NCBI GenBank assembly: GCA_944391445.1
Contig: CALXTL010000006.1
Span: forward strand, 21,123 to 85,122
DNA from: an uncultured Alphaproteobacteria bacterium
GTDB taxonomy: Bacteria > Pseudomonadota > Alphaproteobacteria > RF32 > CAG-239
DNA length: 64,000 bases
Direction of reading: 5' to 3'
Below the pieces are notes generated by a model. That model searched no databases. It was not told the DNA's origin and worked only from the letters and a program-made list of their open reading frames with translations. Below, piece by piece: positions 48,160-58,747 of this stretch (position 1 is its first letter; each line of letters starts with the position of its first letter). Made by a program: the position numbers and the translations under genes.

Positions 48160-49019
48160 AAAACGTTTGCCGCCTTTCCGGTTTTGCGCATCAGTCCTTG
48201 AAGCATACCGATGCTCAGAGCTTTTGCCCAATCCGTGATACTCAAATGTACATGTGTAACCAGCACATCATGTTTAATTATTTTTTTTAACATGGAATTG
48301 GTTAAAGAAAGGATAATGCCGATTTGCATTTTCAGTCGTTTGCTTTTAACCAGCGCCGGCAGAACCGAGGCATCCCGCAACATTTTTTGGAGCTTGTCGA
48401 CAATTTCACCGATCAGTGCTTTGAACTGCGGGGAACTTGCGCTCAGATAAATATCACTGAAACGCACATCGTGTTTGTCCATAAGTTCCTGCGGCAAATA
48501 GCAGCGGCGCAGGTTTTCGGCATCTTGGCGCAGGTCTTGCAGATGATTGCTGATCTGCAAAACAGCACATAATGTTTCCGCAGCCAAATAGGCCGAGGGC
48601 GGTTCATCATGCAGCGCCAGAATAAAACGTCCGACCGGTGCTGCCGAAAGTCGGCAATAATCAATCAACTGCTCCCAAACGGCAATCGGGGTATTGCGTG
48701 CGTCCTGAGTAAAAGCCTTGAGCAAATCTGTATACAAGGAAGCATCCAGCTTTTCGTCATGAAATATCCTGCCGAGACGATATGCATTTTCATTATCGTC
48801 GGAGAACTGCTGACCGTTCATGCCGGCAAAAAAAGCTTTTTCGGCCTTATTCAATTTGCTCAGTTTTTCTTCGGTTGTCAAATTTGGCGTATCGGCAATA
48901 TCATCGGCATAGCGCGCCGCCGCATAATAAGCCTCAACCGTCGGACGCAGCTTTCTGCCGGCCAATGCCGCAACCGGAAAATTTTCTTCATTCATGTTTT
49001 TGGAAAAAACGGCGTTCAT
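48156..49019 (-). CDS. hpnC: hydroxysqualene synthase
   Basis: '[13 protein letters not shown]' Asp-rich motif. ATG 49019 overlaps the trmFO stop (ATGA). Confidence 0.7.
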   Translation of the reverse strand: MNAVFSKNMNEENFPVAALAGRKLRPTVEAYYAAARYADDIADTPNLTTEEKLSKLNKAEKAFFAGMNGQQFSDDNENAYRLGRIFHDEKLDASLYTDLLKAFTQDARNTPIAVWEQLIDYCRLSAAPVGRFILALHDEPPSAYLAAETLCAVLQISNHLQDLRQDAENLRRCYLPQELMDKHDVRFSDIYLSASSPQFKALIGEIVDKLQKMLRDASVLPALVKSKRLKMQIGIILSLTNSMLKKIIKHDVLVTHVHLSITDWAKALSIGMLQGLMRKTGKAANVL

Positions 49020-50389
49020 AATTGTGCAATCCAGTTTTTGATATCGGTCAATGCGCGGCGGCAATAAGCGTTTTTGCGCTCGGAGCCTTTAAGTTTTCGA
49101 AACTTGCCGTTGGCGGTTGTTTCGCCGGAGATTGTCGGAAACAGGCCGAAGTTGACATTCATCGGCTGATAATCGTCAAGAGCGGTATCATCTGACAGAT
49201 GGCCGAGGACAGCGCCGAAAGCCGATGTCCTCGGGGGCAGAGCGGCAGGTCGTCCGCTCAGCTCGCAGGCCGCAAAATATCCGGCCAGAAAACCGGTGGC
49301 GGCGCTTTCAACATAACCTTCGCAGCCGGTGATTTGCCCGGCAAAACTCAAATGCGGCATAGACTTCAGCCGCAGATACTCATCAAGCAGCAAAGGACTT
49401 TTCAGAAAAGTATTTTTATGAATGCCGCCAAGTCTGGCAAATTCGGCCTGTTCAAGCCCGGGAATCATGCGAAAGATACGTTTTTGCTCGCCATAACGGA
49501 GCTTGGTCTGAAAGCCGACCATGTTGCGCAGGGTATCCTCCTGATTATCTTGCCGCAATTGCACAACCGCATAAGGTTTGACGTCGGGGTGATGGCTGTT
49601 GGTCAGTCCGACCGGTTTCATCGGACCAAAAAGCAGGGTATCTGCGCCGCGTTCGGCCATCACCTCAATCGGCAGACAGCCGTCAAAATAGCGAGGTTGT
49701 TCAAAATCATGAAATTCGGTTTTTTCTCCGCGGCGCAGTTCTTCAACAAAAGCATAGTATTGTTCTTTGTTCAGCGGGCAGTTGATATAGTCGGTTTGGT
49801 TGCCTTTGTCATAGCGCGATTGGTACCAGGCAATGTTAAAATCAATACTTTCTTTATAGACAACCGGGGCAATGGCATCATAAAAGTTCAAGGCTTGACG
49901 ACCGGTGGCTGCCAAAATGGCTTCAATCAGCTTCGGCGAGGTAAGCGGCCCGGAGGCAATGATCCAGCGCCCGGTATCCGGCAGGGAAGTAATTTCCTCA
50001 CAAACAAAGTTAATATTAGGGTGTGCCTGCAGCTTTTGGGTAACGGCTTGGGCAAAGCCGTCACGATCCACCGCCAGCGCGCCGCCGGCCGGAACTTGTG
50101 TCTCATCGGCGCATTGCATGATCAAAGACCCTGCCAGCCGCATTTCCTGATGCAACAGACCAACGGCACTGGCGGTGCAGTCATCCGAACGCAGAGAGTT
50201 TGAACAAACCAGCTCGGCGCAATAGGCTGTTTTGTGCGCCGGAGAAAATATAGCCGGGCGCATTTCATGCAAAACCACGCCGATACCGCGGTTTGCCAGC
50301 TGCCAGGCCGCTTCCGAGCCGGCCAACCCGGCGCCGACAATATGTATTTTGGGGCTGTCCATTATCGCACTCTCCGCTAAAACATCCAT
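49016..50389 (-). CDS. trmFO: methylenetetrahydrofolate-dependent tRNA (m5U54) methyltransferase
   Basis: '[16 protein letters not shown]', 'CSNSLRSD' and 'FAGQITG.EGY.ESAA.G'. Confidence 0.9.
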   Translation of the reverse strand: MDVLAESAIMDSPKIHIVGAGLAGSEAAWQLANRGIGVVLHEMRPAIFSPAHKTAYCAELVCSNSLRSDDCTASAVGLLHQEMRLAGSLIMQCADETQVPAGGALAVDRDGFAQAVTQKLQAHPNINFVCEEITSLPDTGRWIIASGPLTSPKLIEAILAATGRQALNFYDAIAPVVYKESIDFNIAWYQSRYDKGNQTDYINCPLNKEQYYAFVEELRRGEKTEFHDFEQPRYFDGCLPIEVMAERGADTLLFGPMKPVGLTNSHHPDVKPYAVVQLRQDNQEDTLRNMVGFQTKLRYGEQKRIFRMIPGLEQAEFARLGGIHKNTFLKSPLLLDEYLRLKSMPHLSFAGQITGCEGYVESAATGFLAGYFAACELSGRPAALPPRTSAFGAVLGHLSDDTALDDYQPMNVNFGLFPTISGETTANGKFRKLKGSERKNAYCRRALTDIKNWIAQL

Positions 50390-50501
50390 TTTATAAAGGC
50401 TTTGCGCATAAATGTAAACAAAAACTTCTATTTGATAAGTTGAGGGAAATATTTGCCAAGCTGCATAAAAACATCTATAGTAAAACAGATTTTAAACTTT
50501 T

Positions 50502-51602
50502 TTGGACAAAATAATGGGCTATCGGATTTTTTTCGGGCTGTCGGGAGTCTTGTTTTCAGCTTCTCTGGCTTTGGCCAGCGAGGATATGGACAGTCTTATG
50601 TTTGGAGCCGAGCCGCCGGTGGAAGTCGTCGAGACGGAAACACCGGTTTTGCCGCCGGCTTCCGGTAATGCAGGGCAAAAGCCGACAGACAACAAGCCTC
50701 TGCCTGCGGCCGTAGCCGGCATGACTCAGGCGCCCGAGCAAGAAAGCCGTGTAGTAGAAAATATATCGGCAGCCGAAGCCCCGATTCCTGAAATTGAAAA
50801 AGGTGAAGGGCTGACAGATACGCTGAAAAAAGATCAGGGGCAGTCGGCACCGAAGCTTCCCCTGCCCAAAGTTGAAGGGACCTGGGTTGATAAACTGGCG
50901 GCAACAAATCCGCTGGAACTGATCAAAAAGAGTGCGGATGAGAGCAGTGAGTTGGAAGAAATGGTCAAAGCGGCCCGCCAGGAGCAGCCCGGTTCAAAAA
51001 AGTCCAATGCTTCAGTGTTTGACATTTCCGGCGTTATGCTGCGCATGAGTTTACAACAGGTGGATGATATCATGAAAAACCGGGGATTTCGCAAAATCAT
51101 GCAAAAATATCAGATTCCCAATTTTATTAAATGGCGTAATGAGGAATACTGCCGCGGTACGGGGGTGGTTGGCTATGAACGGACACAAGCCTGTGTAGTT
51201 CAGAAGGCCAAAAAGGATAATCATCAATATGTTCAAACCACCAAATATGCCAAATTTGACACCAAAGAAGAAATAGAAGTCACTTTCACCAGTAATTTTA
51301 CCGAAAATAAAGTTTACAAGGTCGAATATACTTCTCAGGCGTCCAATATAACCGGCAATAGTCAAAAGGCCATTTATCTGCGCAATATAAAAATTTACGA
51401 TTTTTGGAAAAAAATTAACCAAAAGTATGGTAAGCCCGATGACAAAGAAGCTGTCATCTGGGGGTTGGGCGGTAATAAACCTTATCTGAAAGCCAAAACC
51501 GGGTGGCTGCGACTGGAAGATCCGATGTTGCGCGAGCTGGATTATACCCGGATGTCGCGAGAGGATCAGCGATACATGAACACTGATTTGTACAATTTTT
51601 AG
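50502..51602 (+). CDS. secreted hypothetical protein
   Basis: 366-aa ORF with a signal peptide, a Pro/Ala/Glu-rich linker and a C-terminal globular part. Confidence 0.5.
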   Translation: MDKIMGYRIFFGLSGVLFSASLALASEDMDSLMFGAEPPVEVVETETPVLPPASGNAGQKPTDNKPLPAAVAGMTQAPEQESRVVENISAAEAPIPEIEKGEGLTDTLKKDQGQSAPKLPLPKVEGTWVDKLAATNPLELIKKSADESSELEEMVKAARQEQPGSKKSNASVFDISGVMLRMSLQQVDDIMKNRGFRKIMQKYQIPNFIKWRNEEYCRGTGVVGYERTQACVVQKAKKDNHQYVQTTKYAKFDTKEEIEVTFTSNFTENKVYKVEYTSQASNITGNSQKAIYLRNIKIYDFWKKINQKYGKPDDKEAVIWGLGGNKPYLKAKTGWLRLEDPMLRELDYTRMSREDQRYMNTDLYNF

Positions 51603-51614
51603 GAAATTGCCGCC

Positions 51615-52214
51615 ATGAAACAAAATCTTTCCGAATTAATCAGCACCAGACTCAGCCATGATGTCATCGGCAATGTCGGTGCGGTTGCCAATGCGGTGGA
51701 GCTTATGGAAGAAGGAGATGTTGACTTTTGGGATGACATCAAGTCTATTCTGAAAAATAATGCCGCCGTATTAATGGCGCGTCTGAAATTTTTTCGGCTT
51801 GCTTTTGGGCTGCATAACGCAAATTTGGAAAATCAGGATGTTTTGCGGGAGACAGCTTCGGCCTATCTGTCGACGTTAGGCAGCAGGAATACGCCCATTA
51901 ATTTGGAATGGACTCCGATTCCTTCAGCATACGGCCGTGCGGCGCTGCTTGGTGTGATGACGGTCGCCGACACGTTGATCCGCGGCGGAACAATCAGCGT
52001 TCGCCCGTATCAGAAAGGCATCTCGGTTGTTCATAACGAAGACGCGCAGATTTCGGCTGAAAAAGTTGCTTTGTTAAAAGACAGTGTCAATGCCGGGGAA
52101 ACGGCTGCAGATGCGCAGCTGGCGCCATTGGCCGCTTTGCTGGCCTTGGTGAAAGAGGGCAGCCTGCGGATTTATCTGGTAAACAGAGCGGGACTGGGAT
52201 TTGTATTTGAATAG
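51615..52214 (+). CDS. chpT: histidine phosphotransferase ChpT-like
   Basis: 'LSELISTRLSHDVIGNVGAVANAVELM' matches the ChpT phospho-His helix pattern. 199 aa. Confidence 0.65.
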   Translation: MKQNLSELISTRLSHDVIGNVGAVANAVELMEEGDVDFWDDIKSILKNNAAVLMARLKFFRLAFGLHNANLENQDVLRETASAYLSTLGSRNTPINLEWTPIPSAYGRAALLGVMTVADTLIRGGTISVRPYQKGISVVHNEDAQISAEKVALLKDSVNAGETAADAQLAPLAALLALVKEGSLRIYLVNRAGLGFVFE

Positions 52215-52229
52215 CGGAAGGAAGATTTG

Positions 52230-52595
52230 ATGTTGCGTTGTATCATAGCGGACGATTCCAAAATCATGCGGATGCTTCTGCGCAAAATTATGGAAAATTT
52301 TAATTTTGAAGTCGACGAAGCTGAAGACGGAGAAGAGGTAATAGAGCTCCATGCTCAGACCCCGGCGGATCTGATCATCAGCGATTGGAATCTGTCGTCG
52401 ATGGATGGGATAGATGTGCTTTATAAAATCAGAGCCGATCGCAAAATCAAGCAACCGCGTTTTGTTTTTTGTTCGTATGTCAAAGATGCAGAAATCATAA
52501 AACAGGCGCTGGACGGCGGCGCCGATGACTTTATTATGCGCCCGTTTGATGAAGATATTATCGCGTCCAAGCTCGCGATTATGAAACTGCTGTAA
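52230..52595 (+). CDS. single-domain CheY-like response regulator
   Basis: 'IIADDSKIMR', 'DLIISDWNLSSMDG' and 'ADDFIMRPF'. Confidence 0.8.
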   Translation: MLRCIIADDSKIMRMLLRKIMENFNFEVDEAEDGEEVIELHAQTPADLIISDWNLSSMDGIDVLYKIRADRKIKQPRFVFCSYVKDAEIIKQALDGGADDFIMRPFDEDIIASKLAIMKLL

Positions 52596-52607
52596 AGAGG
52601 ATAAATA

Positions 52608-53558
52608 ATGAAAAGGCAGGATTTTGAATTTTTGGTTGATTTGCTTCGTCGTAATGCCGGTTGGGAATTTGACGAGCAGCAATATTTTATCTTGGATAAA
52701 AAAATTTCCAATTTTATCCGTGAAAAGGCCTATCCTTCGGTGGAAGACCTGGTGGCCGAACTGAAGGTCGGTTCCAGAGCTTTGATTGCGCAGGTTGTTG
52801 AAAGCATGGCTTTTTCGGACACATCTTTTTGTCGTGATTATGAAATTTTTGAACAGTTTCAGGAAGTTCTGCTGCCGCGGATTATTGACAATAACCGTTC
52901 TGGCAAAAGATTGCGCTTTTGGTCGCTTGGCTGCAGCACCGGCCAGGAGGCGTATTCAATAGCTTTTGCTCTGAAACGGAAACTGATAGGCCTTGAAAAC
53001 TGGGATATTCATATTCTCGGCACCGATATTTCTTCTTTGTCCATTGCCAAAGCACAAAAAGGTTTATACAATAATTTTGAGGTGCAGATGGGGCTGAATG
53101 CGCGCAGCATACTGGATTTTTTCACGCCGGAAGATGATCAGTGGCGGATCAATCCGGATGTTGCCAAAATGGTTGAATTCCGCCGCTACAATCTGTTAGA
53201 CCGGCTGACCACCACGTCACGGTACGAAATTTTGTTCTGTCGCAATGTCTTGCGCTACTTTGCGCCGGAATATCAGGAACAAATTCTCAACCGCGTCAGT
53301 CAGGTTCAAACGCCCAACGGTATTTTATACCTGGGTAAAAACGAACATGTGCCGGCTGTTGAAAAATTTTATGAAAAGATCAGCGGCTTCAGCAATGTTT
53401 ATATGTGTAAAAATGCGGGTATGGAACGTCCGCGGCTGCAAAATATTGTGGACTTTGCCGATTCCGAGAGTCTGGCTATGCCGAGCTTTGTGCGCCCCAA
53501 TATCTTGTCTGAGAAGAGACCTTTTGCCTCAGAGGCATTTAAGAAAAAAGTGTTCTGA
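52608..53558 (+). CDS. cheR: CheR-type protein-glutamate O-methyltransferase
   Basis: 'FCRDYEIFEQF', 'LRFWSLGCSTGQEAYSIA' and 'ILFCRNVLRYF'. Confidence 0.85.
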   Translation: MKRQDFEFLVDLLRRNAGWEFDEQQYFILDKKISNFIREKAYPSVEDLVAELKVGSRALIAQVVESMAFSDTSFCRDYEIFEQFQEVLLPRIIDNNRSGKRLRFWSLGCSTGQEAYSIAFALKRKLIGLENWDIHILGTDISSLSIAKAQKGLYNNFEVQMGLNARSILDFFTPEDDQWRINPDVAKMVEFRRYNLLDRLTTTSRYEILFCRNVLRYFAPEYQEQILNRVSQVQTPNGILYLGKNEHVPAVEKFYEKISGFSNVYMCKNAGMERPRLQNIVDFADSESLAMPSFVRPNILSEKRPFASEAFKKKVF

Positions 53559-53579
53559 TATTGTAAATTTTCAGGCGGT

Positions 53580-54563
53580 CTAAGCCAGGCTTTTGCGCTT
53601 GATAACAAATTTTCTGCCGCAGATATCCAAAATATTTGTCCGACAGTCGATATCAACCAGCTTATAATAGGCAAGAAATTTGCCGAGCCTGAATTTATAG
53701 CGGATTGAAGGATAAAAACGGGAGAAAATTTCCTGCCAGTGTTCAAAGCCGGGACGGCTGACAACTTCTTTTTCATAGCGTTTTGTCTGCAGAATAATTT
53801 GCCGCATGTATGCTTTTTTCTTAACAGTGTTGTTCTGATGCCAGCGGTAGGAAAACAAAACATCATCAAGATATTTCATTTTACCGATTTTAGAAAGCTG
53901 CAGCATCATATACCAGTCTTCCAGCGGTGCCTCTGGTTTATATCCGCCGGTTTGACGCAGTGCTTTTGCCGTGATCAGATACCCGTTGGGAACATAATTC
54001 CGGGTGACAAAATTTTCATAGGCGCCGAAGGACTCTGAGTGAAAATCTATATCAGGATAAAGACTTTGCAAAAATGCACCGAAAGTATGATATTTTGCAA
54101 CTGTCAGCGGCACATTGTTTTGGTGTGCATCCCAGCCGGTGCGCTCGGAGCTCGTGTCAATCAGTTCATTATCACCCACAACCAGCACATATTCCGGGTG
54201 TGAGGTTAAAAATTTAACCTCAACGGCCAAAGCATGGCTTTTAGCCACATCGTCTGAAGCAATAAAATAAATAAAATCTCCTCTGGCCAATTCTATCAGC
54301 CGGTTCATAGTCCGGCAGGTGCCGCTGTTTTTCTGCGTCAACATCACCACGCGGACAAAGCGGTTTTCGCATTTTTCTTTCAGGGAAAATATCTGCTGCA
54401 GGGTGCCATCGGTAGAACCGTCGTCAATAATCAGCAGTTCAATATTCCGGTATGTTTGCAAGATAATGGATTCAATCGTCTGCCGAATATATTGTTCATG
54501 GTTATAAGCGGGAATGCAAACGGATACAAGCGGTGCATCATTGTTCATTTTATAATTCCTCAA
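53580..54563 (-). CDS. family 2 glycosyltransferase
   Basis: 'VSVCIPAYNHEQYIRQTIESIILQTYRNIELLIIDDGSTDGT'. Confidence 0.8.
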   Translation of the reverse strand: MRNYKMNNDAPLVSVCIPAYNHEQYIRQTIESIILQTYRNIELLIIDDGSTDGTLQQIFSLKEKCENRFVRVVMLTQKNSGTCRTMNRLIELARGDFIYFIASDDVAKSHALAVEVKFLTSHPEYVLVVGDNELIDTSSERTGWDAHQNNVPLTVAKYHTFGAFLQSLYPDIDFHSESFGAYENFVTRNYVPNGYLITAKALRQTGGYKPEAPLEDWYMMLQLSKIGKMKYLDDVLFSYRWHQNNTVKKKAYMRQIILQTKRYEKEVVSRPGFEHWQEIFSRFYPSIRYKFRLGKFLAYYKLVDIDCRTNILDICGRKFVIKRKSLA

Positions 54564-55308
54564 ATTTGAATTTTTTAGTTTTTTTCAGCCGAAAATCCGG
54601 TCGAAATTCATCAAATATCTTACGCCAGTGAATATGATCATTGCACTTGGCCGTGACATTGTTTTCATCGGTAAAAAAGGCCACCCGGCGGATAAAAAAG
54701 CCTGGATCTTGCAATTTTTTTTCCAAATCCGGCTGCTTCCCTTGTTCCAGAATCAACAGCAGGTCAAACGAATTATGACACAGACTTTGCAAGGTTGCAA
54801 ACAACAGGCGAAGTTTATCGGCGAGGGCAGTGTCAAGAATGTCGCTTGGCGCTAATTTGTATATATACAAATTTTTTTTGCCATCCGCCGCGGTTTGGCG
54901 GAATTTCTGTTTTAGGTGGTTAAGCCGGGAAAAAAGTTCTTCCCGGTCGGCTGTGATGACATCATCGAAAGGATTTTCCCGCCACACACTGACGGGCGCT
55001 TTTCCATGAAAACAAATGCCCGTATTCTGGCAGCGCCACATCGGATTAGTGTTTTTAAGACCGCCGGCGGCAATAGTTTCAATATTGCTCAAAGCAGCGG
55101 TAAGGTGTGCAAGGTCGATACAATTGGCCCAGGCAAACAAACTGCTTTCAACAAAATGATATTTTAAAAAGAATTGAAAAGAAACTTCGCAATTATAGCC
55201 AAGAGAAATGATATGACCGTAGTATTTTTGATGCCGTGGTCGCAGCAGCCGGCGCAAAGAACTAAACAAAAGCATTAATTGCCTCCGCAATTTGCGCCGC
55301 TTCTTCAT
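54550..55308 (-). CDS. DUF1796-like (putative papain-like) protein
   Basis: '[14 protein letters not shown]' resembles the DUF1796 N-terminal motif. The start is ambiguous (55308 or 55275), and both choices overlap the upstream gene. Confidence 0.4.
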   Translation of the reverse strand: MKKRRKLRRQLMLLFSSLRRLLRPRHQKYYGHIISLGYNCEVSFQFFLKYHFVESSLFAWANCIDLAHLTAALSNIETIAAGGLKNTNPMWRCQNTGICFHGKAPVSVWRENPFDDVITADREELFSRLNHLKQKFRQTAADGKKNLYIYKLAPSDILDTALADKLRLLFATLQSLCHNSFDLLLILEQGKQPDLEKKLQDPGFFIRRVAFFTDENNVTAKCNDHIHWRKIFDEFRPDFRLKKTKKFKFEEL

Positions 55309-56350
55309 CGGTCAGCACCGGAGAAATCGGCAGAGACAAAACTTCGCGGTGCAGTTTTTCGCTGATTGGGAAGTGTTGTTCACGCCATTCCTGATATGCT
55401 TCTTGTCGATGTGGCGGTGTCGGATAATGAATATTGGTCTGAATGCCTTTTTCAGCCAGAAATTTTTGCAGTCTGTCGCGTTCGGGGCAGCAAATGGCAA
55501 AAATATGCCAGACATGTGCCGTCTCATTTACCGCTTGCGGCAATGAAATCAGCGGATTATTAATATGCCGCCGATAATAGGTGGCAATTTCGCGCCGTCT
55601 GTTATTATCGGCATCCAGGTGAGCCAAACGGACATCCAGTACGGCCGCCTGTAACTCATCCAACCGTGAATTAACGCCTTTATACAGATGATGGTATTTA
55701 CGGTCGCTGCCATAGTTGGCCAAGGCTTTTATTTTTTCATACAGGGCGGTGTCATTAGTGGTAATGCCGCCGGCATCGCCCATAGCGCCAAGATTTTTAC
55801 CCGGATAAAAGGAGAAAGCTGCCGCATCGCCGAGGCTGCCGACACGTTTTCCATGATAAATTGCCCCATGAGCCTGCGCGGCATCTTCAATAACTTTCAG
55901 ATGATGCTTGGCGGCCAGCTTGTTTATGGAAGCCATATCGGCGGCTTGTCCATAAAGATGAACGGCAATAATCGCTTTGCTTTTTTTAGTCAAAGCAGCC
56001 TCAATTCGCTTTGGGTCGATATTGCGGGTTTCCGGGTCTGGTTCAACCAAAACCGGCGTGCAACCGTTTTCAGATACGGAAAGAATGGTTGCAATAAAAG
56101 TATTGGCCGGGACAATAATTTCGTCACCTGGACCAAAACCATATGCGCGGATAATCAGTTTCAGAGCGTCTAACCCGTTGGCAACGCCCAACGCGTGGCG
56201 AACGCCGCAAAATGCAGCAAAATTTTGTGCAAAGCGCTCATTTTCTTTTCCTTGCAGATACCAGCCGCTGTCCAGAACACTTTTGAACCGGGCGTCAATT
56301 TCGTCTCGGAAGCGTTCGTTGATTTTATGTAAATCCAAAAACTTTATCAT
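55262..56350 (-). CDS. DegT/DnrJ/EryC1/StrS-family sugar aminotransferase (FdtB/QdtB-like)
   Basis: '[10 protein letters not shown]' and '[15 protein letters not shown]' (PLP lysine). Confidence 0.85.
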   Translation of the reverse strand: MIKFLDLHKINERFRDEIDARFKSVLDSGWYLQGKENERFAQNFAAFCGVRHALGVANGLDALKLIIRAYGFGPGDEIIVPANTFIATILSVSENGCTPVLVEPDPETRNIDPKRIEAALTKKSKAIIAVHLYGQAADMASINKLAAKHHLKVIEDAAQAHGAIYHGKRVGSLGDAAAFSFYPGKNLGAMGDAGGITTNDTALYEKIKALANYGSDRKYHHLYKGVNSRLDELQAAVLDVRLAHLDADNNRRREIATYYRRHINNPLISLPQAVNETAHVWHIFAICCPERDRLQKFLAEKGIQTNIHYPTPPHRQEAYQEWREQHFPISEKLHREVLSLPISPVLTDEEAAQIAEAINAFV

Positions 56351-57360
56351 ATGATTCCTTTTTTACGAAGTTTATAAGCCGCCCAGTCATATATTTTTTT
56401 AATCAGACGGTATTTGAGCTTTTTTAATTGCGGATGCAATATCAGATTAATTTCTTTTTTGTGATTTAAGCAAATTGTTAAGACATCAAAAAATTTTTCA
56501 CGGGCTTCCAAACAGAAGCTTTGATTTTCTTTAGCCTGATTCAAACAGGAAAGACAATGACAAATTTCTTTCCAGGCTTTGCCAATAAAAAATTGATGAT
56601 ACCTGCCGTCAAAATAGCGGTCATAATCTATAAAACACCGAGCTTGAATTGCCGCTTTTTCAAAATCGTTCAATCCCGTCCATATGCCGCCGGACAACAA
56701 ACGGTAAACACCGCTGCTTTCATTGACAAAATGTGCTTTGCCGCTGTGCAAATGCATGATGAATCTGTCGGCGTCTCCTTCAAAAGATCTTTCAGCATCA
56801 GTGCCGACAGCGTGTTGCACAATGTCGGGAATGCCATTGCGGTAGATCGTATTTCTGAACACCATTCCGGTTGTTTGTGAAAAGAAAATCTTGTCATGTA
56901 AAAAATCATCAAAAGTAAAATCGGCCGTTTTCAGTTTTGTCTGCACATAAAGGCGCGAACTTCCGTTTTCACGGAGCGTCGTCACGTTGGTATAATAAAT
57001 ACTGAAATCCTTGTTTTTCTCCAAAAAGTCCACAGCTTTTTGCAAATAAGCGTCGTCTGTCCAATAGTCATCGGCATCAAGTAACGTAAAATAAGGCGTT
57101 TTTGTTTGCGCTTTGGCCCGCAGAATATTTTGGAGATAGCGGCCGTTTTCTTTATTTTCTAAAACACGGATAATGTTTGGATATTTTTGTGCATAAGCGC
57201 GGATAATCTCAAGGCTGTTGTCTTTCAAAGAGTGGTCATCGGTAATGAGCAGGCAAAACGGAAAAGACGTCCTTTGCGCCAGAACGGATTCGATAGCCTG
57301 TCCGACATACCGGGCCTGATTATAATTGGACATAATCACTGTCAGTTTGGGGTGTCGCAT
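56347..57360 (-). CDS. family 2 glycosyltransferase
   Basis: '[24 protein letters not shown]' and 'LLDADDYW'. Its stop overlaps the next start (ATGA). Confidence 0.75.
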   Translation of the reverse strand: MRHPKLTVIMSNYNQARYVGQAIESVLAQRTSFPFCLLITDDHSLKDNSLEIIRAYAQKYPNIIRVLENKENGRYLQNILRAKAQTKTPYFTLLDADDYWTDDAYLQKAVDFLEKNKDFSIYYTNVTTLRENGSSRLYVQTKLKTADFTFDDFLHDKIFFSQTTGMVFRNTIYRNGIPDIVQHAVGTDAERSFEGDADRFIMHLHSGKAHFVNESSGVYRLLSGGIWTGLNDFEKAAIQARCFIDYDRYFDGRYHQFFIGKAWKEICHCLSCLNQAKENQSFCLEAREKFFDVLTICLNHKKEINLILHPQLKKLKYRLIKKIYDWAAYKLRKKGII

Positions 57361-58745
57361 TGTTTGTCTCTTTTGGTATATTTTATTTTGATAATTCCGA
57401 ACAGGACCAAAGTCCTGCGGCGGCCGTTTTTGATTTTTGCGAAAAGTTTAAATTTTCTTCGCCCAAAGTGTTTTTTGCCGCGGCGAAAGGCAGCAATGAG
57501 TTTGCGATCATCTCTGTCCTTAGGGATTTCATTTCTTTTTTTCTTCATCTCATCCAAAATATCCAGGCGGATGAATTTGATGCCGTGCCAATAAAAATGC
57601 CGTCGTGGATCATAAATAATTTCAGTTTTGCTGCAGGGATAGTAGACGAGTTCAGTTTCATGAGAGGAAAGATCATTGCTTTGCGGTGTAAACGGCATAT
57701 TTCCGGCATAGAGAAAATCCAAATCGCTGCTTTGCCGCAGACCGAGCAGGTTAAGCGGCGTGCTACCAACGCAGCAGATATCGTTAAGATCAACATTTTG
57801 TTCGTTGGCTTCTTTTCTGAGCTGCTCAGTCATGACGTCAAATTTTTTATCTTCAAAGTCGAAGGGGCAAAAATTCAGCAAATGAAGAGAATCCTCATTA
57901 AAATAAGTCTCTGCCAGCCAAAGAGCTTCTTCCCGCGTGTCATTGATGTGCACACTGTAGTTTCCCAAGGCCAATAATTCTCTGATTTCTGCTTTGGCCT
58001 GCACGGCTTTTTCTAGACTGTCGCACACAAAGACATAGGCTCGGAGCGGCCGGCGTCCCATCGATTTTCGGGCGTGAGCCTGCGCACCGGCAAAATGGTT
58101 TTCCGTCGAACCGATCCAGGGTTCTCTTTCCCAGAATGAGCCGTAAGAAAGCTTTTTCAAATTGACATAACCGTTAAAAGTCAGATGAACATCTTTTTGA
58201 TAAAAAATAAAACCGTATTTTTCAAGAATTTGTTCGACTTGTCTGTCTTTGGCTTGGTCTGCAACAGCATGCAGATTGACGATATAGGCGTAGGGATTAA
58301 GCCTGACATATTCCAGAGCGGCATAATCGGCAAACAGAGGGTTAAGTCCTTTGTCGCGGAAAAATTTATAATCATATAAATCGTGTCGGCCGTCCGGAGT
58401 AAGTGCCACATCCAGGCCGAGAACGGCAGCACAGGCAAGGCGGTGAGCGCCGTCGCTGATCTCTCCGTTGTCGCCGATCGGGATCAGACCTTTGCTTTTG
58501 TCAAAACCATGAGTCTGCATATTGGCAAACAAACATTCAAAAGCGCGAATAAAATCTTCGGGTGAATTTTTGGGATGCCCGTCGCTCGGCTCCTGCTCAA
58601 AAAAATGATTAAATGCCCGAATATGCTCAAGATACATCTCCCGGAAAAAAGGGAGATTCTTATCTTTATACCGCAAATAAAGATATTTAAAAATCAAATC
58701 AAACCGTTTGGAGCAAAGCAGTAGGCTTAAAGCGTTTGTTTGCAT
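57342..58745 (-). CDS. hypothetical protein with an N-terminal ParB/sulfiredoxin-like motif and a C-terminal Pol-beta-type nucleotidyltransferase-like motif
   Basis: 'PIGDNGEISDGAHRLACAA' is a DGxHR-type motif. 'CCVGSTPLNLLGLRQSSDLDFLY' is GS-x9-11-DxD-like. The C-terminal tail is basic. Confidence 0.45.
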   Translation of the reverse strand: MQTNALSLLLCSKRFDLIFKYLYLRYKDKNLPFFREMYLEHIRAFNHFFEQEPSDGHPKNSPEDFIRAFECLFANMQTHGFDKSKGLIPIGDNGEISDGAHRLACAAVLGLDVALTPDGRHDLYDYKFFRDKGLNPLFADYAALEYVRLNPYAYIVNLHAVADQAKDRQVEQILEKYGFIFYQKDVHLTFNGYVNLKKLSYGSFWEREPWIGSTENHFAGAQAHARKSMGRRPLRAYVFVCDSLEKAVQAKAEIRELLALGNYSVHINDTREEALWLAETYFNEDSLHLLNFCPFDFEDKKFDVMTEQLRKEANEQNVDLNDICCVGSTPLNLLGLRQSSDLDFLYAGNMPFTPQSNDLSSHETELVYYPCSKTEIIYDPRRHFYWHGIKFIRLDILDEMKKKRNEIPKDRDDRKLIAAFRRGKKHFGRRKFKLFAKIKNGRRRTLVLFGIIKIKYTKRDKQCDTPN

Positions 58746-58747
58746 TT

